A stretch of 64,000 nucleotides of DNA from Octopus vulgaris (lineage: Eukaryota). A program made the position numbers and the translations under genes. Where the stretch lies: the NCBI GenBank assembly GCA_951406725.2, contig OX597815.1, forward strand, positions 31,372,001 through 31,436,000. The letters are read 5' to 3'. Position 1 is the stretch's first letter; each line of letters starts with the position of its first letter. Positions 29,021 through 42,479 of this stretch are shown here, piece after piece. The notes under the pieces were generated by a model. That model had not been told where the DNA came from and did not search any database. It was given only the letters and a program-made list of their open reading frames with translations.

Positions 29021-29385
29021 AGGCGGCAAGCCGGCAGAATCGTTAGCAGGCTGGGCCAAATGCTTAGAAGTTTGCTTCCCAACCACACAGATTTTCGGAT
29101 AAGTGCCTTCTACTAGGGCATCGGGCCGAGCAAAGTTTTGTGAGAGGATTTGGTAGAAGGAAACTGGAAGAACTCCATCGCGTGTGTGTGTGTGTGTGTT
29201 CCCTCCATCGCTTGTCACCCGGTTTTGTTGTATTATGTACCCGCAACCTAGCAGTTCGGTAGAAAAAAAAAAAGAACAGAACGAATGGAATGGTTACTAT
29301 GCTTAAACAAAAATAAGTCCTGCGGTGGATTCTTTCGACTACAAGTCTTCAGAGCCAAGCCCCAACATGGTTGAAACAAGCAAAA
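29021..29385 (+). mobile_element. Family A head joined to a family B body
   Basis: GGCGGCAAGCCGGCAGAATCGTTAGC...ATGCTTAG runs directly into AAGTTTGCTTCCCAACCACA... Confidence 0.65.
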
Positions 29386-29465
29386 GATAATATATTATAT
29401 ATATGTATATATGTATTTACATATATCTATACATATATGTATATATGTGTATATATATATGTATT

Positions 29466-29524
<59 letters not shown>

Positions 29525-29527
29525 ATG

Positions 29528-29644
<117 letters not shown>

Positions 29645-29752
29645 TTATATATATATGTATTTACATATATATATACACACATATATTTATGATTTGATTT
29701 GATTTTGATTTTTCCAGTTTCAGCTTATGAGCTGTGGCCATGCTGGGGCACC

Positions 29753-29803
<51 letters not shown>

Positions 29804-29897
29804 GTGTGTGTGTTTGTGTGTATCATATATATATAGATGGATATATATATATATGTGTATATGTGTGTTTGTGTGTATCATATATATATATAGATGG

Positions 29898-29952
<55 letters not shown>

Positions 29953-30003
29953 AGCATGGCCACAGCGCGTGAGCTGAAACTAGATGAAATGAAATGAAAT
30001 AAA

Positions 30004-30057
<54 letters not shown>

Positions 30058-30526
30058 GTGGCATGTGTGTATATGAGGCATGAAAACACCATAATATTAA
30101 AATTAGGTTACCCCGATAAGATCTCACCCCGCACACAAAACTTTGAGACTTAATACACAAAAGCATATCTTCTCCACTACTACATATACCACCACCACCA
30201 CACCACCAGTACTACCACTACTACTACTACTACTACTACTGAAACTTGCTCACGTCTGTCTAACGTTCACACTTCTGGCTTACACATAGGAAGATGTTAA
30301 CTAGAAAAACGTTGCGAACATGTGTTTTAAATTTAGAGAAATTATAACCTCATATATACACATAGGAACATATATGCATTTTAAACATGCGTGCGTACGT
30401 GCGAGTGTGTGTGTGCGTGCGCGCGTGTGTCTATGTGTGTCTGCGTGTGTGTGTGTGTGTGTTTATTTAATGTTTCCACCCACGCGTCAGGATTTGTGAA
30501 TGGGTGCTACGCTAATATGCAAGCTA

Positions 30527-30745
30527 CAGTAATCCCTCGACTGTCGCGGGTGTTACGTTCCAAAAACACCCCGCGATAGATGAAAATCCGCGAAGTAGAA
30601 ACAGTACTGTATTGTATATTTTTGTTTTATTATTTTTCATAATTTGTATACATTTATTTATTTTGCTATAAATGCAAAACAGCACTATAGTGGAATCGAC
30701 GTAAAGCTTAAATAATAAACCGCGATAGGTGAACCCCGCGATATG
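30527..30745. mobile_element. pogo/Tigger-like MITE, right end missing
   Basis: TA followed by CAGTAATCCCTCGA terminus; repeated CCGCGATAG subterminal motifs. Confidence 0.7.
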
Positions 30746-30753
30746 GTTTATAT

Positions 30754-31041
30754 CAGTAGTTCCGAAAATTTTTCGGGCTGCCGCCCCCTTTATACTCGGG
30801 CCTTGTTCCTAACGCCCCCACCCCAACTAACCATCACAAACATAGACCTCTTTCTGAAGCAAAACTTAACCTAATGATCCTATTATCTTGTTGTTTTTAC
30901 ATGAAGTTCTACCCCGTTATCGCCCCACTTTTTACACGAATCAATACCCCATTATCGCACCATTTTTCTTCAATGCCCCCTTGGAACCATCTACCGCCCC
31001 CAGTGGAGGAGGGGCAATACCGTCCACTTTGCGAACCACTG
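30754..31041. mobile_element. hAT (Charlie-like) MITE
   Basis: TIRs CAGTAGTTCCGAAA / TTTGCGAACCACTG; imperfect 8-bp TSD GTTTATAT / GTTTATGG. Confidence 0.78.
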
Positions 31042-31299
31042 GTTTATGGGTGCGTTCGAGCGCTTGTGTGGGAGGGGGGCGTTTCTCGTCGCTCGCTAGA
31101 CTGATGCCATGCTGGGATACCAACTTGAAGAATTTTATTCGAACGAGTCGACTACATTGCTTTCGTTCTTAAGCCTGCTACTTGTTCTATAGGTTCTTTA
31201 TTTGTTGAACCGCTAAGTCACGGAGATGTAAACATACAAGCACCAGCTGTAAAGTGGTGGTGGGAGACAAACGCTCCAGCATACATGCTCTGTCGCAAG

Positions 31300-31690
31300 A
31301 AGCTTGCTCCCTAACCATATGGTTCCGGGTTCAGTCCCACTGTGTGGCACCTTGGACAAGTGTCTTCTATAGCTTTGGGGCAACCAGAGCCCTGTGAGTG
31401 GATTTGGTTGACAGAAACTGAAAGAAAACTGTCGTACGTAAATATGTATTTGTTAGTTTGTGTGTGTGTGTGTGTGTGTGTGTCCCTCACCACTGCTTGA
31501 CAACCGGTGTTGGTGTGTTTATGTCCTCATTAACTAGCGGTTTCGCAAAAGTGACCGATAGAATGTGTACCAGGCTTAGCAAAGAGATTAAGTGCTGTGG
31601 TGAGTTCTTTCGACAAACAGATTCTTCAACGCACTGTCCCAGCATGGCCCTGGTCTAAGGACTGAAACAAGTAAAAGATAAAAAGATATA
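31300..31690 (+). mobile_element. SINE family B
   Basis: GGTTCCGGGTTCAGTCCCACTG...ACTGAAACAAGTAAAAG. Confidence 0.85.
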
Positions 31691-31703
31691 CATAAAAGAA
31701 GGA

Positions 31704-31749
<46 letters not shown>

Positions 31750-31813
31750 ATTAAGTATTATTAACGTTATTAAAAATAACAATAATAAAGTGACCAGCAA
31801 GTTTAACCTATAT

Positions 31814-32103
31814 TCTTTTACTTGTTTTCAATCATCTGACTGCGGCCATGGTGGAGCACCGCCTTTAGTCGAACAAATCGACCCCCGGACTTATTCTTTG
31901 TAAGCCTAGTACTTATTCTATCGGTCTCTGTTGCCGGACTACTAAGTTACGGGGACGTAAACACACAAACAACGGTTGTCAAGCAATGGTGGCGGTGGGG
32001 ACAAGCACAGATACACAGATGCATACGACGGGCTTCTTTTCCGTTTCCATCTACCCAATCCACTCACAAGGCTATAGTAGAAGACAGTTACCTAAGGTGC
32101 CAC
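31814..32103 (-). mobile_element. SINE family B, 5'-truncated
   Basis: Reverse complement of the family B 3' half. Confidence 0.85.
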
Positions 32104-32237
32104 TTGCTAGAAATATGCCTATTTTTTTATAATACTCGTTGCATTCACCGTACGTATTTCTTAATAGTGAGAAATTTGTGGCTTTGCAGAGTTAACTCCT
32201 ATTTCTAGCAAGTGGTACTCTAATTTATTTGAAGGTA

Positions 32238-32578
32238 TAGCTGTGTGATAATAAGCTTGCTTTCCAACCACATGGTTCCGGGTTCAGTCCCACTGCGTGG
32301 CACTTGGGCAAGTGTCTTCACACACACATATATGTATGTGTGTATTATGTATATATATATATAAATGTATATGTTTGTGTATGTGTTTGCCCCACCACCG
32401 TCGCTTGACAACCGATGTTGGCGTGTTTGTCCCCGTAACTTAGCCGTGTGCCATAAATGATTGATAGAATAAGCACTAGACTTACAAAGAATAAGTGCTG
32501 GGGTCGATTTGTTCGACTAAAGGTGGTGCTTCAACATGGCCGAAGGCAAATGACTGAAACAAATAAAAGAATAAAGGA
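32238..32578 (+). mobile_element. SINE family B with an internal deletion
   Basis: Head and tail present, middle segment missing. Confidence 0.82.
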
Positions 32579-32934
32579 ATATAGGAATATATATATACAT
32601 ATACATACATATGACCGGCGTCTTTCAGTTATTTATCTGGAGGCTTACCTATCCTGAAGTCTCAAGGAGCTACGCATTTGGGATTGAAACCAAACTGCCG
32701 TGTGTGTGTGTTAATAATCTGAAAACTTTCAGTCTTAGCTTTTCCTTTATTCAAACGTATATATTAATAGATTCTGTATATGAAACCCAAGGAGTTTTAT
32801 CTGTTTATTTGCATCATTGTTTCCATCTCTGCTGACTTGGTCTTCAGTTAAAGATTCCGGTGTGTTAGTTCAATTCTTTTGAGTGTTACCAATACCTTGC
32901 TATATGGAGATTCTCTCGATCTCATCTGTTAACT

Positions 32935-32998
<64 letters not shown>

Positions 32999-33150
32999 GT
33001 CTCTCTGTCTTTCTGACTCTCTCTCTCTCTCCATATATATATATATATATATACACACACATATATATATATACACATATATATATATATACACACACAT
33101 ATATATATATGTGTGTATATATATACATACGCATCTACACACACACTCAC

Positions 33151-33202
<52 letters not shown>

Positions 33203-33257
33203 GTATATATGCATATATATACATACACATAAATACACACTCACATATATATAAATA

Positions 33258-33314
<57 letters not shown>

Positions 33315-34365
33315 CGCGTTTGTATTTTCGTCATCCCCCAAGGAAATTTCTATCTATACGTATTTTGGTGTTATATTACATGACATGCATGTTAGCAGCT
33401 TGAGCTAGATGAGCTGAGGAATCAGTGATGTGGTGTGTGTGTGGCTGTGAATACGTTAACGTGAGTATGTGTGTGACCGTGTGTGTGTATGTGTGTGTGT
33501 GTGTGTGTGTCTATGATTATTAGTGGTTGTAACTGTGGATATGCATTCATCTATCGTGGACTCTCATATTGGACCATACAAATGCATTAACACTGAAACG
33601 TCTATGGACAGAATGAAAACTGATGTATGAGTACGCGCGTGCGCAAACGCACATACACACATATACACACACACACACTAGCACGTACACGTACGCAAAC
33701 CTACATGTGGGCGTTGTCTGCTAAACGGTCTGCTGAATAGGACCACAGGGGACATAAAATATGTAAAAATATATTCTATACACACAACATACATATATAC
33801 ATACATACAAACATACATGCACACACACACACACACATGCATATATATATATGTGTGTGTGTGCATGTATACATGTATGTATGTGTATATATAACACATC
33901 GTTATGTGTAAGTATACAGACACATACGAACGTACATGTTGATAAGAGACATATAAAAGTATGTAACATGCATTCATTCATACATACATATGTGTATGTC
34001 TGTGTGTGTTTGTGTGTGTGTGTATACACACACTCATACACGTATATATTTATATATTTATGTACGCACACATCCATGCAAACACACGTGCATACTCTCT
34101 CACACACCGGTAATTATATATATATATATATATACACAAGCATATATTAACACAATTTTTCCTATTCTAATCACATTTTCTCTCTCGCTATCTATTTCTT
34201 CCTATCACACTCTCCCTCTCTCCTTCCCTATTTCACTCCAAGTTTCATTAATATATGTCTCTCCTCCTTCATTTCGAAGCCTTTGCTTTCACTCCTAAAC
34301 AACCATCCACCCATAACCCAACATCTATTTATAGTAATACAGAAATAAATCGTTTAGGATGAATC

Positions 34366-34510
34366 TTAATCTGCCATAATTAAACGCAGATCATTGCATT
34401 GCCACGGAATTTTTGTTGAAATCTTTCTTTCCTTATAAACCCTGTCCCTTTCTGTATCTAGTGTGGATATCTCTATGGTAGGCATCGCATACATGCCAGC
34501 AGCCCTACAT
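34366..34510 (-). CDS. Candidate terminal exon of a nested antisense gene ([47 protein letters not shown])
   Basis: AG acceptor (plus strand 34511-34512), phase-2 start compatible with the 43484-43642 exon, high-complexity island between microsatellites. No recognisable family. Confidence 0.25.
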
Positions 34511-34577
34511 CTAAGCATGTACATACACACATACATATACATACATACATACATACATACATACATACATACATACA

Positions 34578-34608
<31 letters not shown>

Positions 34609-34651
34609 GTGTGTATATGCATACATATATGCATATATATATATATACATT

Positions 34652-34695
<44 letters not shown>

Positions 34696-36284
34696 GCTAT
34701 ATATAGAGAAATAACATATATATATATATATATATGACATTAAAAACTGTGTATGTAAGCGTGTGTGCGAAAGTATATGTTTGCCTGTATATCTGTGAAT
34801 ATATATATGTGTGTGTGTGTGAGCGTGTGTGCGAAAGTATATGTGTGCCTGTATATATGTATATATATATATACACAGTATTTTATGTTTTCTGCAAGAG
34901 TTATGATCAGAAGCCGTGATTTCGAAATTGATATTGTTGTATATTGGAAGAATAACCTTATTGTTAGAACTAATAATCAGACAGACACAGACACCAGTTG
35001 TTGTTTCGGTTTTTTTAAGCCCCATCAGTGACGCCTAAAACCTTGATGCCTTAAACTTTAGAAGAATAGAAGGTTGTTGTGAATGGCCTCTGATCAATGT
35101 TGTAATTGAAAAGATGACTGTCGGGCGGAGGTGCAAAATACCCAAGGATGTCGAATGTTCGAAGAATCACTAGGAAAGCGTGCACATGCGCAATCGATGG
35201 TACAAAAAAATGTTTAATCAATCAAAAATACAACCTTAGTAATGAAAACAGTTTCTTTCGAAATGATTAATAACAGTTTAAAAAAGACAGGTGAAGAAAA
35301 CCCTGAAGTACACATTTACTCAGAATACCGTAGAAAGATAACGAAGTTGGAGACTTTGGGATGAGAAGCTTACATATCTTAACTATGCATGCAGACGTTT
35401 GTTCTAGTTATAAATTTAACAACGGTTATCGATCCACATTTTGTAAGCTTTGTGCGTAACAAATGTCAAATATATCGATTTCAGCGTATCATTAATATTC
35501 ACCCGATCTTGGTATATCACTGGTACTTATTCGAGTCAACAAGAGGACCTCTAGGCATTAGTTTGAATTGTTAGAAATAGCAGCTAAATCTTCTCTAATC
35601 TCACTCTGTCATCTTAATAGGGACGTAACAATGCAATCCTAACTGGCGTTAAAAAGACGGGATGGTCACGATGGAGTACCTTTCATCATAGGTTTTATTG
35701 ACCAAGACTGAAAACGGTTAAGCAACACTGAAAACACCACAAAAAGGTACTTGATTTACGTCCGTCGAAATAATGAGAGCCGATGTAAGTCCAAACAAGA
35801 TGTGAACCCAGGCTGCAGTAGACGAATGGAAGATAGTACTGTTGTCTAATTGTTAAAGCTTTTCACCTCTTTGTCCAGCTTAAGCTCTAAGCAATGTATG
35901 TATTATTTTAAGGAGAAGGAAATCTGGTCATCGTACATTTCTATGTTTTCGTTATATTTGTAGCTATTTTGTTAAACAAAAAAAAAAAAAGAACAAAAGC
36001 ACTAGGCGTCCTAGTCCATCTAACTTACCAACAGTTGGTAGCAAATCTTTCAGAAGAGCTTCCTGTGAAAGACCATGTTTGATATTCAGCGAGTTATATT
36101 TACTCTCTTTCTCTCTCTCTTTCTTTCTCTCTCTCCTCTCACACACATATGTATATATATGTCTATGTACCAATATTAATAATTTAGCGACTAAAAACGG
36201 ACTTACGAAATTCACCATTTTATTGATTGTGTAATAGCGTTTATACTTTCATTAGCCTACTGTTATCTGTCTGTCTATCTATCG

Positions 36285-36336
<52 letters not shown>

Positions 36337-36380
36337 GTCAGTCTGTCAATTTGTCAATTTGTCTATCTATCTATCCACCC

Positions 36381-36446
<66 letters not shown>

Positions 36447-36475
36447 ATATATATATCTATCTATCTATCTATCTA

Positions 36476-36520
<45 letters not shown>

Positions 36521-36569
36521 CTATCTATCTAACTTTCCTTTTTTTTTTCTTTTTCCTTTTCCATCTTCG

Positions 36570-36636
36570 AAAAGAAAAGCTCTACATTTGTAATTGTCCC
36601 CTCTGTGTCCAGCCCTGTGTGGCCAATAAAGAAAGT
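36570..36636 (+). mobile_element. Extreme 3' tail of the Tx1/L1-like LINE inside (ATCT)n
   Basis: AAAAGCTCTACATTTGTAATTGTCCCCTCTGTGTCCAGCCCTGTGTGGCCAATAAAG matches the reverse complement of 41962-42020. Confidence 0.8.
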
Positions 36637-36650
36637 TATCAATCTATTTG

Positions 36651-36699
<49 letters not shown>

Positions 36700-37667
36700 C
36701 TATCTGCACACACACCCATTCACACACATACACATATACTCACAGAGAAACATAAGAGCATTAACAATCACACAGGTACTGACACGCAAAAACACATCCA
36801 TGTCGTCGTAGTTCCGGCTTCAAAAGAACCACAACGAGTAAAGGGCATTGCACAGTAACTCCTATGTTAACTGATTCTTCGCCCCACTCTTTCGGTTACT
36901 CCACTTACAATCTACCGCTACGTCAGTCTCTCTAACCTCTTCTTCTTCCCCTCCTCTTCCCATATAATCACTAGCGTACAGAGAGTACTGAAGCAAAAAG
37001 AGCTCAATATTATAAGATTAACTGAGATGTAACATGCTGAACAATATAATTAGGTAAAATGTATGTCATATGTGTAAGTAACAGGCAAGTATACCATGTG
37101 TATAAATAACGTTAAAAAAATGAAAAAACGGTAAAAACGAGAGAAAATATATCAAAAATGAAAAACGTTAAAAACAAAATCCGTTAACAACAACAATAAA
37201 AAACATAAAAAGTGAAAACTAAAAGTGTATCTATAGCACTTTTGAATATATATGCCCTCAGCGTAAGTTTCTGTAGAATATACATTCGGTTATTAAGCAC
37301 GCACAGACACATATGATGCGTATACTATGTATATATAAATGCACTATGTGTATGTGTATGTAGTATGTATATCACAATTGAACAATTGCTAAATTTACTC
37401 TCCCTCTTTCACATATATTTCATAAACACAGGAGCAACTCGTACAAAGCACACAGTGACACGCATGCACACACATATATATATACACATGTGCTCGCACA
37501 CACATGCACCCACAATAAATTCAATGTCGCGCATGTTACGTATGCACGTGTATAGATACTGGCTTGTTCCATGTTTGTTGCTTGCTGAAACTCATACGGC
37601 TTTTGCAGACATTTTTTTTTTGCATACTCTCTCACGCAAACTGCCGTCCCTCCATCCACTAACATGT

Positions 37668-37703
<36 letters not shown>

Positions 37704-37820
37704 ATATATACTCACATACACATATATTCACACATTCACACACGCATCTACAAACACACATACATGAATCTACAAACATACAAATACACTTGTAAATAAA
37801 TATAAATATTTATGCATATG

Positions 37821-37893
<73 letters not shown>

Positions 37894-37926
37894 ATATATA
37901 TATATGTGTATATATATGTGTGTATA

Positions 37927-37980
<54 letters not shown>

Positions 37981-38489
37981 TTGCATGTATATATGTATAT
38001 ATATATATATATGTACACACATACACATATATAGCACATATATACACGTACACTTACGCGCATACACACATAGAACAATACACTCGTGCAAATACATTTA
38101 CGTATTTGAAACATATTTTATACACAGCAACACACAAGTACAAGCACCAGCGCACGCACATACATTCAGACACACACACACACACACATACACACACACA
38201 CACACATTCACACTTACTCACTCACACACACTCACACACATACACGCACTAACACACACAAACACACGCGGAGACGCTCTCTTAGCGGAACCAGTATTAG
38301 AGTCACCAAAACACATTATCTTCCCTTCATCGCGGCAGACCAGCCCTCTCCCTCTTCTCCAATATTTACACTCCGAGCCCACTTCCCTTACACCTGTTTC
38401 TCATAAACAAATGTGGACGAGGGCGTTACTATTGTTGTTATTATTATTATTATTATTGTTGTCATCATTATTATATGGTTGCTGTTGTT

Positions 38490-38685
38490 TCGCCCCAGCT
38501 CAGCCCTGTTCGAGCAAATTTATGATCAAAGGCATTCCAATCGTCAGCATCCACTTCTTTTTTTCCTTTGTACGAGAAAGCCTGGACCACATTATCCGAT
38601 GTAGTTGTTTTCTAAGAAGTTAAGATGCAATTTGAAGGAGATTCAGCTGATATTTCTAGCAGATATGAGTAGTCATAGAAGCGAA
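38490..38685 (+). repeat. Unclassified dispersed repeat family D (representative copy)
   Basis: Motifs TATGATCAAAGGCATTCCA and ATTTGAAGGAGATT..GCT..TATTTCTAGCAG recur, diverged, near 8620, 15170, 24310, 25120, 40530, 55625, 57480 and 62100 (+) and 35570, 40960, 56850 and 61240 (-). Confidence 0.7.
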
Positions 38686-38928
38686 CATTTTTGACTTGAA
38701 ACGGAAAATATTCCATATTTTGACCTCTGAAACTTAATACATTGTAATAATGATATTGTGTCCTCGACTAGAGTGAGTGTATATCTAGTCTCCGTGTGTA
38801 TTTGAAATTAGCCAGTATGTGCGTTTGTGTATGTATGTGTGTGTGTATATGTGTGCACGCGTGTATGTATGTGTGTCTGTGTCTGGTTGTCAACAGAGGA
38901 TGTCCTTATTGTTGTAAAGAGGTCCGTT

Positions 38929-39030
38929 ATCACGTTGAAAGCACCGGTTCTCGTCTGATCACCGAAGTTAAGCAACGTCGAGCCTAGTCAGTACTTAGAT
39001 GGGTGACTGCTTGGGAAACCTAGATGCATG
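38929..39030 (+). pseudogene. 5S rRNA-derived sequence (degenerate ends; head of a chimeric retroelement)
   Basis: ATCACGTTGAAAGCACCGGTTCTCGTCTGATCACCGAAGTTAAGCAACGTCGAGCCTAGTCAGTACTTAGATGGGTGACTGCTTGGGAA follows the metazoan 5S sequence including box A and box C, but terminal helix I is not intact. Confidence 0.9.
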
Positions 39031-39264
39031 CATAGCACATTGTTTTAATGGCGGTGCCCCAGCATGGCCACAGCTCGTGAGCTGAAACTAGATAAGATAA
39101 AATAAAATAAATATATACGTGTACAAATAATATACATCTGTTACCCGCATTTCGACAGTCATCACACTTAATGTACACTAAAATCAAGATACTGTCTTTT
39201 GTCTTTCTCTTCTTCGCTCTAATTATCCATCTTTCCTGTCGCTCACTTCATACGATCACCTCCT

Positions 39265-40051
39265 AAGGGCCAGATTAAGACCGATGCTCCAAGCACAGCC
39301 CACTAACAGTGCCCTTCGACCCTTTCATTGTCTAACTGACAGGACACTTCGACACAATGCACTGAAAACTATCTAATACATTTTTTAAAAATCAGTTTTC
39401 TTCTTCATGCTTTCTATCCCTCAGGCCAGTCCACAGGGCCACAACTATTTTTAATATGTTTTTTTTTTACATGTTTTTATTTTACGTGTTTAATATGAAA
39501 TAACTGGCACACGGTCGCTTACGACGACGACGACCAGTGTTCCAGTTGATCCGATCAACGGATCATCCTACTGGTTAAATTAACGTGCAAGTGGCTGAGC
39601 CAGCTCCGCAGACACGTGTATCCTTAACGTAGTTCTGAAGGAGATTCAGCGTGACACAGAATGTCACAAGAGTGGCCCTTTGAATTACGGTTACAACTCA
39701 TTTTTGTCAGCTGTGTCGACTGAAGCAATGTGAACTAAAGTGTCTTCCTCAAGGATACAACGCGCTGCCGGGAATCGAATTCCCGACCTTATGAACGTGA
39801 ACCGAATGGCCTAACCACTAAGCCAAGAGCCTTCACAATATGAAATAATAGTATTTACTTATAACTAGGGCAAGAGAGAAAAAAATGCAAATATTCAGCA
39901 CATTTTCATTCATGTTTTTAATAAAAAGGCTAGTCACAATTTCCCATTTGCATCATGGTTAATATAGCGCTGGAAAATACTATGTAGTATCTCACTTCCT
40001 TTGGTGCCCTAGAGCACGTGCTTATTTTGTTAAATGGTTAATCCGACCCTG
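39265..40051. mobile_element. hAT (Tip100-like) non-autonomous element carrying a SINE insertion
   Basis: TIRs AGGGCCAGATTAA / TTAATCCGACCCTG; degenerate TSD ACCTCCTA / ACCTTCTT. Confidence 0.65.
39503..39836 (-). mobile_element. tRNA-derived SINE family C (CORE-like)
   Basis: Minus strand: TGGCTTAGTGG A-box, ATTCGATTCCC B-box, CCTTGAGGAAGACACTT...CAGCTGACAAAAATGAGT core. Confidence 0.8.
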
Positions 40052-41927
40052 ACCTTCTTACATACATATTGAAATTTAATCCCCAAAACACAAGACGCGC
40101 ACTCACTCACACGCCCACACGTGTTCGCGTGCGTACACGCTTTCATACATGTATCTGTTTTATATACTGACACACTTTCTGATGATAATTAATTAATCAA
40201 TGGAACTGTGGAAGTCTGCAAAAACAAATTATGAAAACATTCCATTTCCATGTACTGCAGAGACAGGCGGACATATTGATTGCATGCTAGCGTTCATAAA
40301 AGATTGGTTTTGAAAAGACGGCACCAAATAGACTGTATGTCATGTTGTCGTTGTTGGTGATGTTACTACTGCTGTTGCTGTTTTTTTTTTGTTTTGTTTT
40401 TTTGTAATACTGTACCCTGGACTATATCATACTGTATCTCATTTTTCTTATATGATAGTAACGAGTAGTTTGCGTGTAGAATAAGAAATTTCTTTGAGCT
40501 TATTGTTATATAAGTTGTTGCTGTTATTGCTGGGTCCCAGTTCATCCCCAACTGAACAGACATATGATCAAAAACATTCAACCCATAGCCCATCTCATTT
40601 TTTTAAAATTTGTCCCTACATTATTAAATGTCTGCTCTGAGGTGGATTTCCTTGCTACTTTGAGCAAATCGAGCGAATATACTGACGGTTCATTGTCTCG
40701 TGTTATCGAAAGAATATTCAACAGAAAAGCTAATGGAGCATTCGTCATTTTCATAATACTCCCGCTGCTTGCTAGATTGTAGACGTACCTAAGCCATATT
40801 TGCTGTGAGGTGACAAATTCAACGACGATGGCAGGTTATGAACTATCGATCGCTGGTTTAGTAGCCCTTATACATCGTCAGTTTGGCTTGAAACAATAGA
40901 AACATATATATGCGCATATATGCACACTGAAAGAAGCATCTATGAAATCATTCGGCTTGTTAGAAATGTCAGTTAATTTCCCTTCAAAATGCACCTTGCT
41001 GAATCCTAAATACAGAAACTATTCGTTGAATAATATAAGCTTAAACATTTTCATAAAAAGTTGTCTATTTTTTTAAACCTGGCGCAATATATCAAGAACG
41101 GTTTCCTTTCCTATTTAAGAAAAACATTCTGATCTGAAGACGATTTGGCTGTTATTTCTTACAATTTGTGTAAGCAAAAGTAAAGACTTCGTTAGTGTGG
41201 TGAATGATTACAATACATTTCAACTGCAGTAATACAGCAAGCAGTGCTTAAAAGAGTTATAAACCTTGTTAGATCTTGAATGTTAATTCACAGTATCACA
41301 AATGTACTAGAAAAACATTGAGGCTAATATAGGAAAAAAAAATGAAAATGAAAGACAATACTTATAAGAGCTCTAAAAGAACAAAGCTGGCGATGCCTGT
41401 AAATTCAAAAATATGAATATGTATGATGTCAAAGATATGAGAAGCACTATATTTTGAAGCTAATATGCCTCACACTTCCTCACCACAGTCAGCTCACCAC
41501 TGTAACCAAGATTCCCATTATATGTATGAATATTCTAATATCGGCCGTTATCAGAATCAAACCAGCGCAGTGACAGGATGTCCAATATTTTCCTTTCACT
41601 CAATAGCAGCTAATGTCCGTTTCCACTTTATAATGCTCACTACTGCTGGAGCAACTAGCACAGCATCTAGCTTTCTTTTTTTCTTTGTCATTCATTTTCC
41701 ATTTCTTTCTCTGTCTCGGCCATCACATGCTTCAGCTATCTTTCTCTGCCCCCTTCCCCCACTCTCTCTCTCTCTCTCTCTCCCATTCTCTTTCTAAATC
41801 TAAATCTCTCGCCCCTCTCTCTCTCTCTCTCACGCTGTATACATACACATATACATATACATTATGCATTTTATATATATAAATATATATACATAAGTAT
41901 ACATTATTGATAGATAAAAATATAAAC

Positions 41928-41958
<31 letters not shown>

Positions 41959-41959
<1 letters not shown>

Positions 41960-42479
41960 TACTTTATTAGCCGCACAGGGCTGAACACAGAGGGGACAAA
42001 TTACAAAGTAGAGCTTTTCTTTTTGGGGAGAAAAAAATGTAAAAGAAAAAAAGGGGGTAGGTTTTCGATCAAAAGAGATCGTAAAAAAAACCCATCAATT
42101 GGGATCTTGTATCACAGAAATGTCATGATGCAAAGTGTAAAGGGGGAAACAGATATGGTTTATCCGTGGAAAAAAAAGCCTACGGAAAAGACCACGGTAA
42201 CTTCGGTCAATAATGTCACATGTTAACACAATCATTTGCAAGTAAGTAACTCTCTGTTTTAAATTTTTCCGGGTTCATAGGATTATGCTCAAGGTGGCTT
42301 CGTCATTCATACGTGCCATCCTTGCTACATTCACCCATCGTTTTTTGAAACATATTCGCTAGACAAAACTTGCCTCTCTACTCTCACTTTCCTTTTCAAG
42401 TGATACTTGAAGAAGTTGATGAGAGATTGACCAGAGAGGAAAAAGTGTTTGTCTCTAATCCTTTCAGACGCGTCCACCA
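41959..42479 (-). mobile_element. 5'-truncated non-LTR retrotransposon (Tx1/L1-like): ORF2 C-terminus plus 3' UTR
   Basis: Minus strand 42479-42275, allowing two frameshifts: WWTRLKGLETNTF..SGQSLINFFKYHLKRKVRVERQVLSSE..KKRWVNVARMARMNDEATLSIIL*. Ends in AATAAAG next to (ATCT)n. Clade assigned from the W..R....F..RW pattern only. Confidence 0.75.

Noticed and set aside
38921-39045. Functional 5S rRNA gene
   Set aside because: Both termini diverged, not in an array and fused to a retro-tail.
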